From assembly GCA_010015805.1 (NCBI GenBank), contig ML978135.1:248001-312000 (forward strand): DNA of 64,000 bases. The letters run 5' to 3'. Numbering within the stretch: the first letter of the stretch is position 1; each line of letters opens with the position of its first letter. Origin of the DNA: Rhizodiscina lignyota. Taxonomy: Eukaryota. A program made the position numbers and the translations under genes. Shown in pieces: positions 46,933 to 60,010 of this stretch. The notes beneath the pieces were generated by a model, which ran no database searches, was not told where the DNA came from, and saw only the letters and a list, made by a program, of their open reading frames with translations.

Positions 46933-49900
46933 ATGGAAAACAACTTACATTTTTCCAATGAGGCTCTACAGGAGCTCCTCCTGAAGCTCTCACATGATAC
47001 AGTAAATGGACAGGGATTGGCATCTCAATCTTTCAACTCGCGTATCGGTCTCCGCCCCGAGAGCGAAAAGCATGATCTCGGACCGTTTAGTTACGATGAC
47101 ATCCCGCGGGACGGCCAATGGATACGAGTCCTGAAAATCTTACCGAGTTCCCGGAACAATCCTCAAGTTGAATGCGAGATCATTGAAACACAATTGGATT
47201 CACCGACCCGGGAGTACCAACGATATGAAGCCTTATCTTGGTGTTGGGGTCAGGGACCTGAAACAGGCCATGTTGGCATCAGAAAGAATGGAAAGCTTTA
47301 TGCAAAGCCCGCTAAGCTGGACCTCGTCAGAGCGCTCCTTGTGCTTCGGAACACCAAAAAGGACCGCTACCTTTGGGTTGATCAAATTTGTATCAACCAG
47401 GCAAACACAGCCGAAAAGAATCATCAAGTTGAGATGATGGCCGAAATCTATGGAAAAGCAGCTCGTGTGTGCGTCTGGTTGGGCGAGCGAGATAACACCA
47501 GCCACCTGGCGCTAACCTTCATCCGCGATGAGGTGCTGAAGCTGCAGCAATTCGATGACCTCTGCGAACGGGAAGGGAATTCGCATAAGTGGAAAGCCCT
47601 TCTCGATCTAATGCAACGCCCCTGGTTCCACCGCAGATGGGTTGTTCAAGAGATATCTCTCGCTCAAAGTGCACTTATGTACTGCGGCCCAGATCGAATA
47701 TCGTGGAAGAAGTTTTCAATCGCCGTGGAGCTCTTTGTAGAGGTTGAAACAGCTACACATCGACTTTCGGAAGTAATGAAGAGGGATCGCAAGTTTCACC
47801 ACATACCCGGCTGGTTCGAACACGTTTCTCAACTCGGAGCAAGTCTTTTAGTAGATGCCACTGGAAGGCTCTTCCGTGATCATAAATCACAATACTTAAG
47901 CTCACAAACTATTCCGACTCATCGCGCCAAGCGCGTATATGACTCTGATAAGGAAGATTTGACCGAGTCCGATCATGAGTATTCTGAGGACGAATTGGTC
48001 GATCCTTATATGACCGGTTTGGACACCCAGAATTCAGATATGGATGAAGAGGTACAATCAACTCGAGCGAACCAAGAGGTTGATTTCTACGATCCTGTTG
48101 TTGAGGGTACCGTAACTGTGAAAGGCCAACCACTGCTAAGTTTGGAATATCTCGTTTCCAGCTTATCGATCTTTGATGTAACCAAGGCCCACGATACGAT
48201 TTATGCGCTCCTTGCGATTGCAAGAGATACGACTCCGCGAGCAACAACGAGTATGGATTGGGAAGATCACACTCAAGCTGCATTGGAGAGGTTTACGCAA
48301 AAGAAACGCTATAAAGTTGACTACAGCCAAGAATATGTCGACATTTGTCAATATTTCATTCAATTCTGCATTGATCGATCTCTTCAAAAGGATCCTAGCC
48401 GTGCTCTCGATGTTATCCTCAGACCTTGGGCCGTCGAAGAGTCTAAAGTGCGGGAGAACTGGTTAGAAGAGCGACGAAAGGAAGAAGAGGAGAGAAAGAG
48501 GAAGAAGAGGTTAGAGGCTAAGATTCAAATCAACAAGAATAGGTCGCTATATACTGCGCCTAATCCCAAGCCCTGGGAAGACGAGAACCCGAATCTCTCC
48601 AGGCATGCTCACATCGAAATACGGCGGAAAGAGTACGTTCCTCTGCCATCATGGGTACCACAGCTCTCCCGCGCGCCGTTTGCAATGTCACAAGCGGCAG
48701 GTGTATCTGGAGAGAAGGTTGGACGGGCAAATGCGGACCCGCTGGTGGGATTGCCGAATCAGTTCCAGAGAAGTTACGCTGCTGCTGAGACCAAGAAACT
48801 GGACACGAAAGCATTCAAGTTCCGAAAGCGGATGGGTGAGAAGCTGAACTACTTCAGCATGTTCGTCAAAGGGTTCGTCTTGGACGAAATCAGCGAAGTA
48901 AAGGATGCATCGCAATCAGGTAGCATTCCGTCGGAGTGGGCCGATTTCGCACATTGGTATGGAGCAAAAGGCGATCCCCCTGATGCCTTCTGGAGGACGC
49001 TTGTTGGAGATAGAGGGCGGGACGGCAAGAATCCTCCTGTTTACTATTCACGAGCTTGTAGAGAATCGTTCGAGAAAGGTGGTTATCTGTCTGGATCTGT
49101 CAGCACGTCGGATCTAATTCGGAACGAGAGAGTCTCCGTGATTGCCCAATTTTGTTGGAGAGTCCAGGCGGTGATCTGGAAAAGAGCACTGGCTAAAACC
49201 AAGTCGAATCGACTGGCATTGGTCAGTCCAGGTGTTCAGCCAGGTGATTTGGTTTGCGTTTTATACGGTTGTAGTGTTCCAGTCATATTGCACAAAAGTC
49301 AACGGAAAGATGACAAGGTGGTGGATCGAGAGGTGCAACTGGAAAAGGAGTACCTGCAGCAACGAATGGTTCAATGCGCTCGCAACTGGTTCAAGCGCAC
49401 TGAATACTACCGGAAGAAGAGAGAACAGGGGAAGTGGAAGTATCAGGTATGGGATATGAGAAAGCGTCTGGAATTTAATACAGAGAGGAAGTCGGAGACT
49501 TGGCAAGAGCACTGGAAAATTAATAGGCTGAACTACAAGACTCGGGGTGATTTAGCTGGGCGAGAACACTTCTTTCCGGAATCAAGAGACCAGCCTCCCC
49601 CGGAAGTGAGTGCCTTCATTTTAGCTTCGAGGAAACGTCTCGTGGTAGAAGCACAGCGCCTACTCCGAGCTTCAAGGGGTCGACTACTTACCGAAGTGGA
49701 ACGCTACATGCGGCTTTCTCGGGCTGAAGTGGAGACATTGATTGACGCACTGCGGAACAAATGGTTACCAGAGGAGAAAGCGCGTGACAAGACTATCCCT
49801 GAAGTTAATGGGGAATCACAGACTAAGATTCCGAAGAGCAATGACGTTGCTGACGAACCTGCGACTCCGAAAGCTAATGACGATGCTGAAAAGGTCGTAG

Positions 49901-50649
49901 AAATGAGTGATGAGAAGTACAATGAAATTGTGAGTTATATGCACCGGCGAATATGGTATGAGCGTTTTGTACGATTGTGCGAATTTGAGGAATGGAAAGA
50001 ATGGACGAGAAAAGGAGGCAAGAAACTCCAGCTCGATAGCGCCATACATCAGCACCTGCAAGAAATTCCCTGGGCTACCGCTTCTTCGGCAAACATCACA
50101 CAAGGAACGACTACTCCACTGGAGACGTACAATGTGAATTCGGGGAAACCCAATGGCGTAGCCGCTCCTGTAAAGGAATCCGAACGCAAAAAGCAGGACG
50201 AGTGGACAACGCCTGGTATCGACTGGGCAAAGTTTGAGCTGCAACTGCGATATGCAAGGAAATGGAGAAATGTTGTAAAGCATAATCGAGATGCTATGAG
50301 GAAACAAATTGAGAAAGAGCTGCTCCAGCAGTCCGCGCGGTTACGTCACGAAAGGGGATGGATAGATCGACCAAAAGATGTAAAAGAATGTATTGTGCCA
50401 GAGACGGAACTTATCAGGGACGAGGAAACTGGCAAGGAGAGGGAGAAGCTCACAAAGGATGGGGCAGAGAAGGTCGAGCTAGAATGGACTAAAGGGATTA
50501 AGGAGTCTCTTGGGAACAGTGGATATTACTATTACAAGCTGCTTGGGGATTGTTATTTGCACCAAATGATGGACGGGGAAGCTATGGCAAGACAGAATGG
50601 CCAACCTAATGGCGCGTGGATTCCTTCTGAAGTCTTTGAGATAAGATAG
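46933..50649 (+). CDS. HET-domain (heterokaryon incompatibility) protein, ~1238 aa, intronless
   Basis: IRVLKILP, YEALSWCWG, YLWVDQICINQ...EKNHQVEMMAEIY..A..V.VWLG, RPWFHRRWVVQE, LPSWVP and YKLLGDCYLHQMMDGEA. Confidence 0.93.
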   Translation: MENNLHFSNEALQELLLKLSHDTVNGQGLASQSFNSRIGLRPESEKHDLGPFSYDDIPRDGQWIRVLKILPSSRNNPQVECEIIETQLDSPTREYQRYEALSWCWGQGPETGHVGIRKNGKLYAKPAKLDLVRALLVLRNTKKDRYLWVDQICINQANTAEKNHQVEMMAEIYGKAARVCVWLGERDNTSHLALTFIRDEVLKLQQFDDLCEREGNSHKWKALLDLMQRPWFHRRWVVQEISLAQSALMYCGPDRISWKKFSIAVELFVEVETATHRLSEVMKRDRKFHHIPGWFEHVSQLGASLLVDATGRLFRDHKSQYLSSQTIPTHRAKRVYDSDKEDLTESDHEYSEDELVDPYMTGLDTQNSDMDEEVQSTRANQEVDFYDPVVEGTVTVKGQPLLSLEYLVSSLSIFDVTKAHDTIYALLAIARDTTPRATTSMDWEDHTQAALERFTQKKRYKVDYSQEYVDICQYFIQFCIDRSLQKDPSRALDVILRPWAVEESKVRENWLEERRKEEEERKRKKRLEAKIQINKNRSLYTAPNPKPWEDENPNLSRHAHIEIRRKEYVPLPSWVPQLSRAPFAMSQAAGVSGEKVGRANADPLVGLPNQFQRSYAAAETKKLDTKAFKFRKRMGEKLNYFSMFVKGFVLDEISEVKDASQSGSIPSEWADFAHWYGAKGDPPDAFWRTLVGDRGRDGKNPPVYYSRACRESFEKGGYLSGSVSTSDLIRNERVSVIAQFCWRVQAVIWKRALAKTKSNRLALVSPGVQPGDLVCVLYGCSVPVILHKSQRKDDKVVDREVQLEKEYLQQRMVQCARNWFKRTEYYRKKREQGKWKYQVWDMRKRLEFNTERKSETWQEHWKINRLNYKTRGDLAGREHFFPESRDQPPPEVSAFILASRKRLVVEAQRLLRASRGRLLTEVERYMRLSRAEVETLIDALRNKWLPEEKARDKTIPEVNGESQTKIPKSNDVADEPATPKANDDAEKVVEMSDEKYNEIVSYMHRRIWYERFVRLCEFEEWKEWTRKGGKKLQLDSAIHQHLQEIPWATASSANITQGTTTPLETYNVNSGKPNGVAAPVKESERKKQDEWTTPGIDWAKFELQLRYARKWRNVVKHNRDAMRKQIEKELLQQSARLRHERGWIDRPKDVKECIVPETELIRDEETGKEREKLTKDGAEKVELEWTKGIKESLGNSGYYYYKLLGDCYLHQMMDGEAMARQNGQPNGAWIPSEVFEIR

Positions 50650-51549
50650 AGCAGCTTATAACAGGCATCTTATATAACATGCCGCCAATGTGCTGCACTC
50701 ATCGAAGGCGGGGCGAACGTGTCGCTGGCAAGTGTTCGCGTTGCCGTGTACGGGGATTAGTATACAAACTCGCGTGTAAACATATGAAAGCTACCAAGTT
50801 AGCACGAGCGTGTTGAATAGATTCCGGAAGGAACTAAGTCAAAGCTTAACACATAGTAGACTTTTACAGCGTGTATATCGTAGTAGAACCGGGATATATC
50901 TCCGTGAGTACTCCGCAATCTATCCATAGACTCCATATACAATCAAACGAAAGCTTGATATATGAGTGGATAAGTAGGATTAATACTAAAATACTTGGTG
51001 AATATAGACTGACGAGGAGCCAGCGAGGCGAACATGATGTATCTTCTACTGTACTACACCTTGTGTATCATTGAACTTTAAGCTAGAGTACTTGGAAGTA
51101 TCTCCTCCGATGTCGCATTTAGCCAGAATCCTTCAGAGATCTTTCCAAGAAATAACTTAGCATACTTGCCCGCAATTGAAGAATAGCGCTCAGATTTGGT
51201 AAAATGTATTACTCGCGGCCAGTTTAAGCGTGCGGAGGATGATTACCACGAGAGCCGTGGTTGACTTGGTACAAGTTTAGCCTGTGCGCGGGTTGACGAT
51301 CACCGACAGCACCGCACTTCTCCTCCATTTACATCACTCACGGCCCTGAAAATCTTCCCCCGCCCTCGCAGCGTTACATGAAATGGAGCCTTTACGAAGC
51401 TTTCAAGGGCATTCTTGCCTTATTGAGCTCTTTAGAAGTATCCACTGTACCTGCAGAGCAACGTTGCTGATCCACGACGTGGTTATATACAATGGCCGAC
51501 GAGACTTGTATCTGCAGCAGATTGGTGACTTACCTCTCCCGTTGGCACC

Positions 51550-54450
51550 ATGGCTTTGAGATGGCCTTTCCTGGTGGCTCTTACTTGTTTCACGATCTTT
51601 ACGACTGTCATTGATGCTTGGGTCTTTCCAGCTGCTTCTCCAAAGTACCCAACAACGAAACTCCAAAATCAACGTCATGGCTCCTCTGCGAATGACAGAC
51701 ACCTTGATCAGCTCGTTGCTAGCATGTCAATTCCGGAGCTTGTCCTTCAGGTACATCTCATGTTCGCAGATGCAATCCTTGGGCCATATTCGGACTTTGG
51801 TCTATACAACTTCACAATGCAGTACAGCCCGGGTGCGGCTATTGGTGTCATGCATGATTGGTATCCCATCAATAAGTCTCACTTTAACGACATGCAACGG
51901 TTCCAACTGGACCATGCCCGCTTGAAGGTTCCGATGATGCACTATGGAGAATGCTTGCACGGCGTCGGTTCCTTCAAGCAATCGATATTCCCCCAGAACA
52001 TTGGTATGTCGGCATCGTTTGATACCGACATCGTTCACAGAGTCGGACGCGCCATAGGTACGGAAGCAAGATCTGTCGGAATTCACGCTTGTCTTTCTCC
52101 AGTGCTCGATCTGGGAAAGGATCCACGATGGGGCCGGGTGCAAGAGGCATGGGGCGAAGACTTTGTCTTGACAACGCACATGGGTGTCGCTTATGCCTCT
52201 GGACTTTCCAAAAATGGCTCATGGTCGGATACCGATGCGGTTGCACCAGTAATGAAGCATTTTGCTGCCCATGGAAGCCCTCAAGGTGGCGAGAATGCTG
52301 CCCCTTTCATGGGTCACGGTAATCGCCAGGTTCTAGAAGAGATGTTAATTCCTTTCCGGGCTGTCGTGGAGCTTGGAGGTGCAAGAGGTGTCATGATGGG
52401 TTACAATGAAGTTGACGATGTGCCAAATTCAGTCAACCCCATGATGTATGACGCACTGGAGCAGTGGGGCTTTGATGGATTCGTCACGGCAGACGATACG
52501 GGTATGCGTCAACTTCAGACAGGTCACATGGTTGCCAACTCTCCAGCCGATGCCATTCGACAGTGGTGGCAGGCCGGTGGCATGGTTCAGTACTATGATT
52601 ATCCCCTGCAAACATACGTAGAGGTAAGGAAGCGAATTTCTGTGGATTATATTGCTTAAGCTGACTTCAAATAGTCTGCGACTGGGCTGATCGGGAATGG
52701 CTCACTATCAAAAGCCACATTACAATCTCACGTGCGAAGAATACTCGGTGTGAAGCAAGACCTTGGCTTGTTCCAGAATCCATACATTCCAGAAGACATC
52801 GACCCGATAGCCATAACCAGATCGAACATACCGCTAACGTTAGAGGCGGCACACAAGAGTATTGTGCTGCTTGAGAACCGAAACTCGACCCTGCCCTTGA
52901 AGCCGCAAAACTTGAAGCGAGTTGCATTGATTGGACCTTTCTCTGACATTTTCAATTTCGGAGACTATAGTGGTCAATTCGGAACGTATCCGATCTACAA
53001 CGCAACGACAATTAGGCAGGCAATGAGTGCATATGTGAAAACGAATGCGTCTTCCTTGGAGCTCGTGTCCAGCTGGGGATCGAATTCGTACGACTATAAC
53101 GGCCAATATGCGATTCCTCCTTATCTTCTCTCGGCAAACGGGACAACTGGCGGCCTTCTCGCGACGTATTATGCAGACACCAACTTCAGTATCCCTCTTG
53201 TCCGAAAGATCGAGACTCCTGCTCGCGACTGGGGTATTTATCCTCCACCTGGGCTCCCGAGTAACAATTTCAGTGTCACTTGGGAAGGGTCACTTACAGT
53301 CCCTGTTGACGCAGACGTTGATGGATGGATCGGTGTGGCTGTATCTTCCAATACTACTGCCAAACTCTATGTCGACGGAAAGCTCGTTTCAACTTCACCA
53401 CTGACCGCTGCTGGTAACTTGCTCGGCAACATTCCCGGGCTCACGTTCGTTAATAATAACGGAACTCAACCTCCCGTTGGGAGCGCGGCATTCAAATTTA
53501 CGAAAGGGGCCACACATCGGATCAGAATTGAATATCAAGCATACAATACGTACCAAAAGATCGAGAATCAGAGCTCGCTCAATGCCGAGATTGTGTTCTT
53601 CTGGAATCTGGTTGACTCAAAGGACCCTATTCAGCAAGCGGTCGATCTTGCTAAAACCGCTGATGTCGTTGTGCTTGCGGTCGGTGCAGGCTGGAACAGT
53701 GACGGAGAAGGAGGTGATAAGGCTGATCTCAAACTCGGGAGCAACCAGACTGCCCTTGCAGACGCAATCTTCGCTATTGGCAAACCTGTCGTCATGGTTC
53801 TGGAAGGTGGCAGGCCGTTTGCCCTACCGGAATATTACGAACAAGCTGCAGCGGTTATATCTGCATTCTTCCCTGGCCAGCAAGGTGGGCAGGCAATATC
53901 CGACGTTCTATTTGGTCAATTTAATCCAGGCGGTCGTATCCCACTCTCGGTCCCGGTCGATGCGGGTCAGCTCCCAGTGTTTTACAATTATAAGAATACG
54001 GCGAAGCCAAACGACTATGTCGATCTCAGCCAATGGCCACAGTACTCGTTCGGCTACGGCATCTCGTACACGACATTTGAAGTAAGCAACTTCAAGGCAT
54101 CTTCGACTAGTGGCAGCAGCAAATTCAAGGCCGGCGACACAATCACTTTCTCCGTGGATGTGAACAATAACGGCACGATGGCGGGTAGTTACGTTGCGCA
54201 AGTATATCTCCTGCAAAGGGTCTCTTCGATCACTCGCCCGGTCAAGCAGCTCGCCGCATTTACTAGAGTCTATCTCGACGCTGGGAGGTCAGCGACTGCA
54301 ACGATGGACTTGGAGGTAAATCGCTTCCTACCGATCCTGAACAGGCAGTATGAATGGGAGCTGGAGACTGGAGACTACACGTTCGCGTTGCTTGAGAATT
54401 CCGCCCACGATGTGAGCACCACTACGAATGTTACGTTAACAAGCGTCTGA
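51550..54450 (+). CDS. Secreted glycoside hydrolase family 3 (beta-glucosidase/xylosidase-like) with PA14 and Fn3-like domains, 2 exons
   Basis: Signal peptide; ECLHG, DPRWGRVQEAWGED, KHFAAHG, GFVTADD; PA14-like insert; NPGGRIP, YSFGYGISYTTF and QVYL..RPVKQL. Confidence 0.95.
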
Positions 54451-54511
54451 GTAGCGTTCCGCGATGTACAGCTCTAGAAATATACGGTAGCGTTCGAGAT
54501 TCATGAGAGGT

Positions 54512-55108
54512 CTATTTGATATCCTTGACTCCAATCACTGTGGCGAATGCATCACCCAACTCTCTCAGGCTCATTTCCACAACCTCTTTCGCCGTTGCTC
54601 CGGGAATGTTCCTGTCACCAATGGCTTCCTTTGCCAGCAATACGTCGTAGCCCCTCTCTGCTGCCTGCCTTGCTGTAGTCGACACGCAGACGTGCGCCAT
54701 ATACCCGGTCAATACCACCTTCTTTCCCGCATCTCCCCTCTTCTTTAATATCTCGTCCAGCTGAGTTCCGGAGAAACTACCCGGGTGCTGTTTCACTACC
54801 ACGGCTTCGCTACCCTTGGGTGTGAGCTCGTCAAATTCCTTTGCCAGCGGCGTGTCCGGCGTAAAGACTGGTGCTCCCGAGGGTACTTGATGAACGATGT
54901 GAACAACGTTTCCGCTGGTGGGATCAGCAGCGCGATATGTGTCGAGGAGTGAGGATATTGCGGCCCGAGTAGAGTCGACATTTTCGGTTTTCAGCTGTCC
55001 GTCTGCGTACTCGTTTTGCGCGTCAATGATCAGTAGGGTCGAATCACTGGGTGATGCTGTAGACGGAGGGACCCCGACCAGTTCACGAAATGATTTTGCG
55101 TCCGACAT
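54512..55108 (-). CDS. Isochorismatase-like cysteine hydrolase
   Basis: [16 protein letters not shown] and [15 protein letters not shown] (D-K-C triad). Confidence 0.93.
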   Translation of the reverse strand: MSDAKSFRELVGVPPSTASPSDSTLLIIDAQNEYADGQLKTENVDSTRAAISSLLDTYRAADPTSGNVVHIVHQVPSGAPVFTPDTPLAKEFDELTPKGSEAVVVKQHPGSFSGTQLDEILKKRGDAGKKVVLTGYMAHVCVSTTARQAAERGYDVLLAKEAIGDRNIPGATAKEVVEMSLRELGDAFATVIGVKDIK

Positions 55109-55417
55109 GTTACAGAATAGCGTTAATGGACTTCGCAGGGTATCTGGAGTGAAGGATTGCAGTACCGTCTCGTCTGTGGCGTCACAAGAAGTTGCGGAGA
55201 AGACGGAGGTTTTATCCTTTTAGGTCGAGTAGCGGGGTGCGGAGGGCGGATTGTTACCGCATTCTAAATCGTCACTAATCGTGTCCATTAAATTGCGCAA
55301 GCGATGGGCTTCGTACGAGGTGCCTTGGCAGCAATTACTTTACGTACCAGGACCAGGGTACCTTAGTAGTTAATACGGAGTGGCACAGGGTGACAAAGTA
55401 GTTGAGCCCGAGTGACC

Positions 55418-55611
55418 GAGCGCCCGCAGTAACAGCAAGATTTATTCTCCTACATAATCGAGAACATCTCTGAAAGCTCGATTAAATATATACTAGATAG
55501 TATTTATCTAAATACGCAGCTTCAGTATGTATAATCTGTTCAACTTCTGAGGATATGTATCCGCGCGGTTCGACATACTGCAGCCACAACTCAACTTTTT
55601 GTCACTCACTT
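55418..55611 (+). repeat. Dispersed ~190-bp repeat, copy B
   Basis: Same-orientation match to 45952-46147; differences are predominantly transitions. Confidence 0.85.
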
Positions 55612-55751
55612 TGACCAGATGCGCAATAATTCCCTCGATTTGAAAGCGCGCTATATAGTGGGTATTTAGTGCTCTGTCGATCACCTCAATCACACAATTC
55701 TTGTAGCAAATTTGCCTTGCTTTCTAATTATCTTCGTATAGACTAGCAATC

Positions 55752-57637
55752 TCAATGCTCTCCGTATATGGTGGCAATTTTAGGCCCAGGGTACATTTTC
55801 AAGCCCCAAGCCAGCCACCAAATTCCAGTCAAGGTAATGACACCGACCAAAATCACGCTATTGTAATTCATAGCCTGTACGGTGACAGGCAGGACATACG
55901 CTGTCCGGTCATTAGCAGATAAACGGCACATCCATAACGCGATGAAACTTACGGAAGCAGAAGAAGATGTTGAAGAATACGATGAACAGCACCGTCAAGC
56001 CATTGACCAGAAACCCAGCTTTGCCCATCCAGAACGGCCCTGGGGGGATATTCTTCCTACCCGAAAGGAGGTGTGGAGCAATAGCTAGGGCATATGACGT
56101 TGTGCTGAGGATGATGAAAGAGCCGGCGAGATCCTGAAATGCAGTCTTCGAGCCTAGGGCGATGGCTCCGAGGCCGGTACAAAGCACAGCTGTCGACAGT
56201 CAGTATGCGCAACACTTCCACAGAAGAGCCAAGACATCGTACCGCATAGCAACGTCGCCGAAATGGGGCAGCTGAGGGTCTCGTGCACATAAGAGAATAT
56301 GTGAGGGAATGGCGTAGCGTTGTCGCGAGCCAGGGCCCACCAAATACGGCTGACCTGGAGCAGGGAGTCAGCTTAGTGCCATAAGCAACGGTCAAAATAA
56401 CGTACCATTAGAAGGGTGCTGATCGTGCAGACCAGTAATGACAGAAAGACGATGAACAACAGCCCAAAGGTGCCGCCTTTGTCGCCGGTAGCTTGGTTAT
56501 AGATTGCAGCGAGTGGGAAAGAGCCCGGCCAACTAAGGACGGCGTCGAGATCGCTAATCGCGTATGAGATCGTGATGCCGTAAAGGAATGCCACTGGACA
56601 TGGACTCTATTAGTGGATGACTCAGCTCGGCATAATTCTGGCAGCTCACCAAGAACGCCTAGTCCGACCTGGACGAAAATCCCTTTCGGCAAATCCCTCT
56701 TCGGGCGCGGGAGCTCTTCAGCCATATGCGTAATTGCGTCGGGAGTACCTATAGTAAATGCGCCGTTTAGGACACCAGTTAAGAATGCAACACCACCGCT
56801 CCAGCCAGTTTGGTTATCAAAGTCCTTCCAGACAAACGCATTACTGGCATGAGTCTTCGGCATCGCTGCGACCACGATAATGGTGACAAGCCCGCCAGCA
56901 ATTACGAGGAATGTTCCAACATGTTGCAGCGTCGGCATGAAACGATTACAGAATATAACGAAGGCACAAGCGCTCCAGGTTATCAAAACAAATGCAACAA
57001 ACACGTGCCATGGGTGGATGACCAAGTCTGGGTGAAAGACTGCGTACATCTGGACAGAGGCATTCGATACGATCTGGACGATGGAGGCAAGGTCGAATAT
57101 CCAGCCAGCGAAGTTGACAAAGCCGGTGAAGAAACCCAGGATACGACCAAATCGAGGGCCACCAGCCACTGAAGCCCAGTGATACACACCTCCGGCACTG
57201 GGGATTGCTGATGCTAGCTGCTCTTGATTAGTACCTGAGGATGCTTGGCAAGAAGAAGAACATACCTCTGCAATACTGGCTCCAATGAAAGCATAGTAGA
57301 ACCCGGCTGTCAAGAGTTCATACAGTATTCCAGGCGGACCTCCGTTGACTATTGCAGGTATTAGCATGAACCTCGGTCTTGCAGGAAAGACAGTCATACA
57401 AATGGAGATGGTGATTGAACCACCCAGGGCAATCCAGGCATTGTCGATCGTCAATGCAAGACCGCAAAGGTGCAGGATGTTGAAATGTCTCTTCAACTGA
57501 TCTTTATGGCCGGACGCATTCAGAGCAATGCCGTGATCGATACTCGCAATTGTCTCCCGCCTCTTCTCGTACTCTTCTTCCACGCTTCTTTTATTCTCAT
57601 TCTGAGAGGCCGTGACACCATTCTCACTTTCCGACAT
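55752..57637 (-). CDS. Amino acid/choline permease (APC superfamily, HNM1-like), multi-exon
   Basis: NASGHKDQLKRHF, AELASAIPSAGGVYHWA, GTPDAITHMAEE, WALARDNATPF and MNYNSVIL; stop at 55752-55754. Confidence 0.92.
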
Positions 57638-58479
57638 TTTTCGTTGACGTCAGCTTGTTCTGGCCCCTGTTACGTTTACATATGTGAAGAGGCTCAGCTC
57701 AAAGCCCGGCAGTTATCCTGAACGCTGGCGCTGGCAATGTCGGTCAGGGCGCCTTTCTGGTTCCAATCTCGTGCTCTCTTCGACGAGCTCCGCGAAAGCA
57801 ATGAAGAGGGAAGAGCAGAATACTAACTTCGAGACATGAATTGAAATAATAGTGGAGCTTGCGCACCCCAAGAGCATCCAGACGCGGCACGAGGGCGCGC
57901 CATCTCAGATTGCAGCCGTACCGCGTTCTACGCGTAACGCGAGTATTCCGATGCGCTGTGATAAGGGTAGGGTGAGTGGACATTTTTCGATTCGACGTTG
58001 TAAGACGCTCACCTAAGAGCCCGATAAACATGTCTAGTCTAACTATTTCTGGAAGGTGGTGATTGCTTTTCCATACATGTCACGTGAGTGGAATATTTCC
58101 TGACGCGAATACCTTCAATATGTAGCTTAGAGTTTACACGATCCAGAGTTCAAATCGAATTATAGGTCAAGCTTGCCTTTCATTATCGAAGAGATGACAA
58201 CGTGTGTGTGAGAAGCCTTTGATAGAATACCAAGGTGATCCAGAGTAGGGGAGACGCGACAGTTCCGCATACGACATTAGACATCGCGTATTTGGAATAA
58301 TGGGCAATCTCACAGCATTTTATGTGTGCAACGATAGGGTATAACGCTCTCTTCCGACTGGATGTACTCTCACAAATCATAATCATAACTTCAAGAATCA
58401 ACGTCCCATAACGCCATTTCCAATCCATAGGGCGCTTCTCCACCTTCGTCAGCGACCGAGTGGGGCGTGCTCATGCGAT

Positions 58480-59009
58480 CTAAGTGCGAGGCGCTCGCAT
58501 GTTTGCTCTGACGCGAGCCACCAGCTCTTCTTTGGTCGACGAATCGCCCGGAAAGAGGTTTCTCTAAAGCAGCACACATGTATGTTAGCTTGGTACCCCG
58601 CAGTAATATATCGGTCGCAATACTCTTCCTCTTCGGGAAAGAGGTAGACTGGTGAATACTTCATATTGGAAACCAATGCTGGCGGAGAGCGAAGTAGATC
58701 TGTGGGAAAGCGCATACCTTATTCAGCCAGCGGCGCAAGTCATTCTCTGACCATGTCTCTGGTTCTTCGAAACTCAGCGCGTGAGGAGAGTCCTTAGGGA
58801 GGCGATATACAAACCTCCTTTGGGATCTTCTTCCTCCGGGAACATGCTGTTTGAACCCCATATGGCCCAAGCCGCCGTTGCAGCGACAATACCAGCGAAC
58901 CCAAGAAACGCGTTCTATGCACATGTCAGAAATTTGACGTTCGAAGACAGTTAGAAATATTGACCCTGGAAGCTCGCGACTGAATTGCGCGGTCGATGGG
59001 AGTAGGCAT
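58480..59009 (-). CDS. Small conserved single-TM fungal protein (4 exons)
   Basis: Spliced: MPTPIDRAIQSR.../NAFLGFAGIVAATAAWAIWGSNSMFPEEEDPKG/EPETWSENDLRRWLNK/RNLFPGDSSTKEELVARVRANMRAPRT*. Resembles a small conserved Pezizomycotina family; first donor site uncertain. Confidence 0.75.
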
Positions 59010-59356
59010 CTTTGCTTGTTTGAAGAGTTGATATTTCCAAGACGTGTCTGAAGCTCGATATTCAGGTTGGCGTCTACTTTTGATGTCGTTCGCTGTTAAT
59101 GGGAAAAAATATTGGAGGTATTAAGGCCAGGTGTCTTCGTTTGCTGCCTGTATAGAATGTGACGTCGCTCCCGCCTTGATACCCCTGTACAGATATGTGG
59201 CGCGGGTGGCTAGTATTGTACCGCTTCTAACCAATCTTGGCCTAGCCCATCCGCAACCGAGTTTGAACTTCACTGCGCACAATCTCCGTCAAAATCGTGC
59301 AGCGACAACAACCTCGAGTCAATTTCACCAACGACACCGCACTCGACTCGCCCAAC

Positions 59357-59739
59357 ATGCCTCGCGAAGTCCAAGATATCAAGAATTTCATCGAGATCTG
59401 CAGGCGCAAGGATGCGAAGTGTACGTGCCTCTCTACAATTTGATTCAAACCAAAAAGCTAACGTTGAGCCTCAAAACAGCTGCGGTGATCAAGAAGAACC
59501 CTCGCTCCAACACCTTCAAGTTTAAAGTCCGATGCCACCGCTATCTCTATACCCTCGTGCTGAAGGACTCGGATAAGGCGGAGAAGCTGAAGCAGAGCTT
59601 GCCTCCCGGTACGTTTCAGACTTATCGCTTCCTCATAGAAGGGTAAAGCAGGATATTACTTGGTTAACACAGGTCTCCTTAAACAGGTCTCACAATCACG
59701 GACGTCAAAAAGAGGAACCCGAAAGGGAAGAGAGAGTAA
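59357..59739 (+). CDS. RPL38: 60S ribosomal protein L38 (3 exons)
   Basis: [21 protein letters not shown]...[31 protein letters not shown]. Confidence 0.96.
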
Positions 59740-60010
59740 AAAGAGACTCTAGCGAATATGGAACGGGCAAGTGGAGGCAGTGGCAGAGGATTTGAGGAGG
59801 CAAGGACTGCCGTCACAATGGGCGGATTAAGCTGCATCAAGCAAGAACTCATGGATTAGCGGTGGTGCATAAGGTTGCAAACCGCTCAGGATATGCATTC
59901 AACGGTGCTGCATAGGGTTCTGATTTCGGCAGCATTTTGCGGAATTCAAAGTGAATGAATTTCTGATTGCTTCTGTCCTCTGTCCATTCCTATGGTCCAC
60001 ACGTCCATAC

